From NCBI GenBank assembly GCA_013151585.1, contig JAADHY010000305.1:1-34399 (forward strand): a stretch of 34,399 bases of DNA, read 5' to 3'. This document shows, piece by piece, positions 28,103-34,399 of the stretch. Positions within the stretch are counted from its first letter, which is position 1, and each line of letters opens with the position of its first letter. This DNA is from Planctomycetota bacterium (GTDB lineage: Bacteria > Planctomycetota > Planctomycetia > Planctomycetales > Planctomycetaceae). The translations under genes and the position numbers were made by a program. The notes below the pieces were generated by a model. The model saw only the letters and a program-made list of their open reading frames with translations. It was not told the origin of the DNA and did not search any database.

Positions 28103-28300
28103 CGTTGGTTCCCTCTATCGCAAACCGCTCCTTTGTTCTCGTGACCAGCCGGAGCGACGATTCGGTGCCCGCCGGCCGGTTTCCAACAGCCGGCCAGCCT
28201 GTCCTCCCCATGCCGCGACACCGGCCGCGACGAAGGGACAACGTTTTCGGGCTGCAAACGGAAGACCAACTTCTTCCCGCGCGCCACCATAATGCTCACG

Positions 28301-29629
<1,329 letters not shown>

Positions 29630-30193
29630 TTCCGTCCTCGCTCCCTTCGTCTCATCCTGGCCGAGGTTGATGAAACCCTCGACTCTCGACCCGCTCCTGA
29701 TTTCGCCCGCTCTGCCTGGTGGCCGCCACGTCTCGGCCGGCTTCCCGGCGTCTCGGGACAGAGCCTCTCTCCGTCCCGGTGCCGGCTCATGTTTTTCGGA
29801 ACCGACAGCCCGATACAGAAGAGAGCATCTTCCGTCGAATCGCCCAGACCCGGCGGCCAAGTCGGGCAAACTCTGCCTAGACTCACCAAACAATAGCTCA
29901 CAACAGAGTGGATGGAGCGATGAGACAGCCATTTGTTGCCAAAGGGCGACGGGAGACGTGGCCAGAACGCAGCGCAAGGTGTCCGCTTATGTGTGTTCAA
30001 GCAGTTTTTCCGGCTCTCGCACGGCGGGCTAGGAACGATCGACCGATTGCGCCGGCGGTGAGGGATGGGATGGCACGCACACTTCGAGCGAAGCGAAAGG
30101 TGGGGTTGGAATCGGCCCCTGCGCCCGGCGGGCAGAATTGGCAACGCCTCCCAGCGATCGCCGCAGCGATGCTGAAATCTCTGGCCGAAGACC

Positions 30194-31162
30194 TCAATCG
30201 CGCCAAGCCGCACGGTCGCGATGCGGTTCCCCTCGCTGAAGCCGCGTCAGTTCGGCAGGAAGCGAGAACCGCACATGTTCCTCGCACACCGATTCTTCCG
30301 ACACCGTCGCCCCGTGGTGCTCCATCAGATAGTCAATGCATTCCCGAACCACCACTTCCGGCGCACTCGCACCGGCGGTGATAAGCACGGTTTCGCAGTT
30401 TTCCAGCACAGACGGCTCGAGCTGATGAATGCTATCGACCAGGTAAGACGGTTTTCCGCACGCCTCCCCGATCTCGCGCAGCCGCTGACTGTTCGAACTG
30501 TTCTGGCTGCCCAAAACGATCACCAGGTCGGCTTTCGGGGCCAACAGAGAAACCGCCCGTTGCCGATTCGTGGTGGCATAGCAAATGTCTTCCTTGGGCG
30601 GAGCTTCGATGCGCGGGAAGCGCTTTTTCAAGCGGTCGATGATACTTCCAGCTTCCGACAGGCTCAGAGTCGTCTGTGTCAGGTAGGCGACTTTGTCATC
30701 CGGCGCGAACGGCAGGCTTTCCACATCTTCGGGACAACTGACCAGCCACATGTGATCTGGGGCTTCCCCCAACGTCCCGACCACCTCGTCGTGCCGGGGG
30801 TGTCCGATGAGCACGATGCGGTAGCCCGCTCGCGCGAACCGAATCGCTTCCAGATGCACCTTTGTGACGAGCGGGCAGGTCGCATCGATCGTCTGCAGTC
30901 GCCGCCGTTTTGCCTCTTTGCGCACGTCCGGAGGCACTCCATGAGCGCTGTAAAGCAAAACCGATCCTTCCGGGACCTCCGCGATGTCGCCCACAAAGCG
31001 AACCCCCTGGCGGGCGAATTCTTCGACGACGTACTTGTTGTGGACGATCTCGTGGTAAACGTAAATGTCGGGCCCGAAAAGGCGAATAGTCTCTTCGAGC
31101 GCCTGGATTGCCATATTGACACCGGCACAGAAGCCGCGAGGTTGAGCCAGAAGAATTTTCAT
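30194..31162 (-). CDS. ispH: 4-hydroxy-3-methylbut-2-enyl diphosphate reductase
   Basis: The N-terminus is MKILLAQPRGFCAGVNMAI. HEIVHN and DATCPLVTKVH are present, and ICYATTNRQ completes the three cluster Cys contexts. Confidence 0.95.
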   Translation of the reverse strand: MKILLAQPRGFCAGVNMAIQALEETIRLFGPDIYVYHEIVHNKYVVEEFARQGVRFVGDIAEVPEGSVLLYSAHGVPPDVRKEAKRRRLQTIDATCPLVTKVHLEAIRFARAGYRIVLIGHPRHDEVVGTLGEAPDHMWLVSCPEDVESLPFAPDDKVAYLTQTTLSLSEAGSIIDRLKKRFPRIEAPPKEDICYATTNRQRAVSLLAPKADLVIVLGSQNSSNSQRLREIGEACGKPSYLVDSIHQLEPSVLENCETVLITAGASAPEVVVRECIDYLMEHHGATVSEESVCEEHVRFSLPAELTRLQRGEPHRDRAAWRD

Positions 31163-31472
31163 AGTGGCAAGTAGGCCGGGAGTCCTTCGAGATGGAAAAG
31201 GTGACGGTCAATGCCGGCGACGCAACCATCTTCCGGCAACCGGTCGAGTACAGGACCGAATCAGCGTCAGCCCGGAAAAGAGGACGGGACCGCGCCGGCG
31301 TGTTCTCCGTCATTCTAGCAAAGCCGCGGCCTGAGCAAAGTTCGGTCCGGAAATGAGGGAGCATTGGCTCGATATCCGGCGCGAGCTCCTCTGTTGGATA
31401 GACAGGTTGTCGAAGAGCCGGGCTTCGGGCAAAGCGCATTCGGCGTCCGCCAGGGGGAGTCGGGCGCGGACT

Positions 31473-33335
31473 TTACTCGACCGTGACGCTTTTCGCCAAG
31501 TTGCGAGGTCGATCCACATTGCATCCCCGAAGCAGAGCGATCTGATAAGCGAGCAACTGGAGCGGAATGACCGTGACCAACGGCTGCAGGAACTCGTCGA
31601 CCTCGGGTACAAAGAGCACATCGTCCGCCATATCCGCCACTTCGTCGTCGCCTTCGCAGGCCACGGCGATGACCGGCCCACCTCGTGCCCTCACTTCTTC
31701 CAGGTTGCTCATCACTTTGGGATAGATTCCACCGCGAGGCACGATGAACACGCTGGGCGTGTTCGGGTCGACTAGCGCGATCGGGCCATGCTTCATTTCG
31801 GCGGCGGGATAACCCTCTGCGTGGATGTAGCTGATTTCTTTCAGCTTCAAGGCACCTTCGAGGGCCACAGGAAAATTGTAAAGTCGGCCGAGATACAAAA
31901 AGTTGTCATAGCTGGCGTACTTGGAGGCGATTTTGCGGACGGTTTCAAAGGATTCCAAGGCCTGAGCGACTTTTTGAGGAATCTCGCGTAACTGCTGGAT
32001 GATCCGATGTCCGGCCGGGTACGACAAATGTCGCATGCGTCCAAGGTAGAGGGCGAGCATCGTGAGGACCGTGACCTGAGAGGTAAAGGCTTTCGTCGAC
32101 GCGACGCCGATCTCAGGGCCCGCGTGCAGGTAGATGCCTCCGTCGGCCTCTCGAGCGATCGTCGATCCGACGACATTGCAAATAGCCAGTGTCGGATGTC
32201 CTTTGCGCTTGCATTCGCGCATGGCTGCGAGCGTGTCAGCCGTCTCACCGCTTTGGGTGATTGCGAAGATCATCGTCGTGTCAGTCAACGGAGGGTTACG
32301 GTACCGCAGCTCGCTGGCATATTCGACCTCCGTCGGGATCCGGGCGAACTCTTCCAGAAGGTACTCGCCGACCAGCGCCGCATGCCAACTGGTTCCACAG
32401 GCGGTCAAGACAATGCGGTCGATCCGGCGCAACTGCTGCGGTTCCATATTCAAACCGCCGAACTTGGCGGTGGCCTCGTCGTCATCCAGGCGGCCCCGCA
32501 TCGCGTTTTCGAGCGTCGTCGGTTGCTCGAAAATCTCTTTCAGCATGTAATGTTCGAAGTCGCCCAGCTCGATGTCGGCCGGCGTCTGTTCGATCGTTTG
32601 GATCGACGGTGTCAAACTGCCCGAGTCTCGATGCCGCAATTCCATGCCGGCGGGAGTGAGCACCACCAGTTCGTGGTCCGACAAGTAGACCACCTCGTCG
32701 GTGTAGCCCACGAGCGGGCTGGGATCACTGGCTAGGAAGAATTCGCCCTGACCGACGCCGACAACCAGCGGGCTCCCCAGTCGGGCGCCGATCAGCAGAT
32801 TCGGAGCGTCTCGGAACAGGATGGCCAAGCCGTACGTGCCTTTGCATTGAGCCAGTGCCGCAAGAACCGCCGTCACGTAAGTGTCGGGGCGCTCCGGGTC
32901 CGACCCGAGCTTCAGTTGTTCGGACAACTGATGAGCGATCAGGTGAGCGATGACTTCCGTGTCGGTGGCGGTTCGAAAGACATAGCCCCGTTGCTGAAGC
33001 TGGGCCCGCAGGGTGGTGTAGTTTTCAACCACGCCATTGTGAACGATCACCACCTCACCGTTGCCGCCGACGTGAGGATGAGAGTTGATATCGGTCGTCT
33101 CCCCGTGGGTCGCCCATCGGGTATGTCCGATGCCTGCGGTTCCCGCGACGGGGTTGGCTTCCACCAGCTTGCCCAGCTCGTGGACCCGCCCCGCTTTCTT
33201 CCGGATCGATATTTCTGCTCCGTGCTGGACCGCGATACCGGCGCTGTCGTATCCGCGATACTCCAGACGCCGCAAACCCTCCAACAGCAGTTCCGTCACG
33301 TCCCGGTGGCCGACGTAGCCGACGATTCCGCACAT
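31473..33335 (-). CDS. glmS: Glutamine--fructose-6-phosphate aminotransferase (isomerising)
   Basis: It has the N-terminal nucleophile MCGIVGY, two SIS domains (ITQSGETADT) and the C-terminus ...AKSVTVE. Confidence 0.97.
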   Translation of the reverse strand: MCGIVGYVGHRDVTELLLEGLRRLEYRGYDSAGIAVQHGAEISIRKKAGRVHELGKLVEANPVAGTAGIGHTRWATHGETTDINSHPHVGGNGEVVIVHNGVVENYTTLRAQLQQRGYVFRTATDTEVIAHLIAHQLSEQLKLGSDPERPDTYVTAVLAALAQCKGTYGLAILFRDAPNLLIGARLGSPLVVGVGQGEFFLASDPSPLVGYTDEVVYLSDHELVVLTPAGMELRHRDSGSLTPSIQTIEQTPADIELGDFEHYMLKEIFEQPTTLENAMRGRLDDDEATAKFGGLNMEPQQLRRIDRIVLTACGTSWHAALVGEYLLEEFARIPTEVEYASELRYRNPPLTDTTMIFAITQSGETADTLAAMRECKRKGHPTLAICNVVGSTIAREADGGIYLHAGPEIGVASTKAFTSQVTVLTMLALYLGRMRHLSYPAGHRIIQQLREIPQKVAQALESFETVRKIASKYASYDNFLYLGRLYNFPVALEGALKLKEISYIHAEGYPAAEMKHGPIALVDPNTPSVFIVPRGGIYPKVMSNLEEVRARGGPVIAVACEGDDEVADMADDVLFVPEVDEFLQPLVTVIPLQLLAYQIALLRGCNVDRPRNLAKSVTVE

Positions 33336-33645
33336 ACGTCTCGCGCTCCATCGCTTGGGAAATCGCTGACCGCCTCTGACGTCATTCCGAATGAACCGCG
33401 CACCGAACAGCCGACAAGCTGCCTTGAACCGCCCCTACCTTCCGATGCGGACCGGCTGGGCGGGCCTGCTGCTTGCCGCGCAGAACTTCAGAAGGTGGGG
33501 CGAGCTCAATAGCGAAGCGCGGGCCGCCGGCGCGGTTTCGGGCGGCGAACGTTATCAGAAATCCGGGGATCGGGTCAACGTTTCTTCTGTGGTCGCAAGC
33601 GGTTGGGGAAAAGAATCCGTGGGATGGGACCGAGACGGTGATCCG

Positions 33646-34011
33646 TTAGGCGGACGGATTCGGGCCGGCGTCAGGGCGCGTTTGCAGGATTGTGGTCGTG
33701 ATCAAATGCCCCCAATGCGCGACTCGAACACAGGACTTGACTTCCACAAGGTAGAAATGGTTTGGACCTTCGTCGCAGTCGGTCTCTACCCGCAAGAAAC
33801 GGGTGGGGACTTCCTGCGACACGAGCACACGCAAGGTACCGTCCGCGGGCGGCTCCATCAGGCCGACCAGCGGAGGCCCGTGCGGCGTATCATCGACTTC
33901 CAGAGGTTGCAGGATGGCGCGCACACCAAAATCCCGCTCCCAAGTCGAAAAGACGCGCCTCTGCACCCGTGACTCGCGCCTGTCCTTGGCTTTAAGTTTT
34001 CTTGTTTCCAT
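33646..34011 (-). CDS. Small hypothetical protein (121 aa); weak PilZ-like RxxxR ... DxTxxG pattern
   Basis: Composition and third-position GC are similar to the real genes here, while the overlapping + strand ORF 33391..33972 is Arg-rich. RRESR (aa 11-15) and DDTPHG (aa 40-45) have PilZ-like spacing, but the match is weak. Confidence 0.45.
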   Translation of the reverse strand: METRKLKAKDRRESRVQRRVFSTWERDFGVRAILQPLEVDDTPHGPPLVGLMEPPADGTLRVLVSQEVPTRFLRVETDCDEGPNHFYLVEVKSCVRVAHWGHLITTTILQTRPDAGPNPSA

Positions 34012-34399
34012 GAAAAACCCTCAAGCGTGACCGCAAACTTCTGGCGTAACCGTTCACGCGATCGAAGGCGTCGTGTGGACCGGCGATGGCAGTCACGCGG
34101 CCCGTGACTGAAGCCGCCCGTTTCTGTCGGACGTCTCGCGGCTGTTTCCCGGTGAGCCGGTGGTCGCAGCAATCGCCACAAGGCTCTATCCCATCAGCGC
34201 CGGCGGCATCGGCCATGGTGCGGTGCTGCGTCTTCACCTGTGAACGGTTACCTTCTGGATTGCTGTCGAATCGTCGTGTTGGGATTGGCATGGCCGACTG
34301 CGCCAATGGCTTCTCGCGCTCGACGTTGCCTGGCCAAGCTCGGCAGAATCATTTGTGTGGGAAATGGCCGCTCGGCGGGGGCTGGCGGGCGCGGCAGCC

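Noticed and set aside
28103-28300. Possible small gene or attenuator in the 198-bp cpaF-tadB spacer
   Set aside because: The only ORF here (part of 28099..28326) is not protein-like. The hairpin GCCGG-N10-CCGGC is short and unremarkable at this GC content.
30071-30086. TGGCACGCACACTTCG on the + strand
   Set aside because: It has a good -24 half-site but no -12 TTGC at the correct spacing, and it points antisense into the 3' end of ispH.
30221-31174. 317-aa + strand ORF
   Set aside because: It is antisense to ispH, whose identity is unambiguous.
33336-33645. Possible glmS ribozyme upstream of glmS
   Set aside because: I see no resemblance to the conserved glmS ribozyme core, and this element is mainly found in Firmicutes-type lineages. 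An Infernal scan would settle the question.
33992-34306. 104-aa - strand ORF (TTG start) containing CGDCC
   Set aside because: It overlaps the next gene by 20 nt and has Arg-rich, low-complexity composition with no recognisable family. The evidence is insufficient.

Overview
This is a GC-rich, gene-dense chromosomal segment. Its gene content suggests Planctomycetota (inference): a PSCyt1/DUF1549-type cytochrome-c-domain protein, a Cys-type sulfatase, a DUF4091/GH123-like protein, a long YidC with a polybasic tail, a sigma-54 activator and Tad components. I call 25 protein-coding loci, most on the minus strand and most housekeeping: guaB, rsmA, pssA, psd, infA, rnhA, mnmE, yidC, ispH and glmS. 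The rest are a small sulfated-glycan degradation cluster (1184-7823), an ExeA-like ATPase, a cpaF-tadB-tadC trio and a few hypotheticals. I found no rRNA, tRNA, CRISPR array, transposase/integrase or recognisable defence genes. The many long ORFs antisense to real genes are typical high-GC shadow ORFs. I do not see a convincing new multi-gene system. The observations most worth a second look are: (1) an NtrC-family sigma-54 activator broken by what looks like a 13-nt microhomology deletion just after Walker A; (2) the ~0.9 kb ORF-free region upstream of it, which carries a sigma-54 -24/-12-like element and an upstream inverted repeat; (3) a textbook Sec signal peptide encoded one frame off, directly upstream of a conserved hypothetical gene, suggesting a split gene; (4) an isolated cpaF-tadB-tadC module with no pilin, peptidase or secretin genes nearby. 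All functional calls come from motif recognition by eye. No searches were run.
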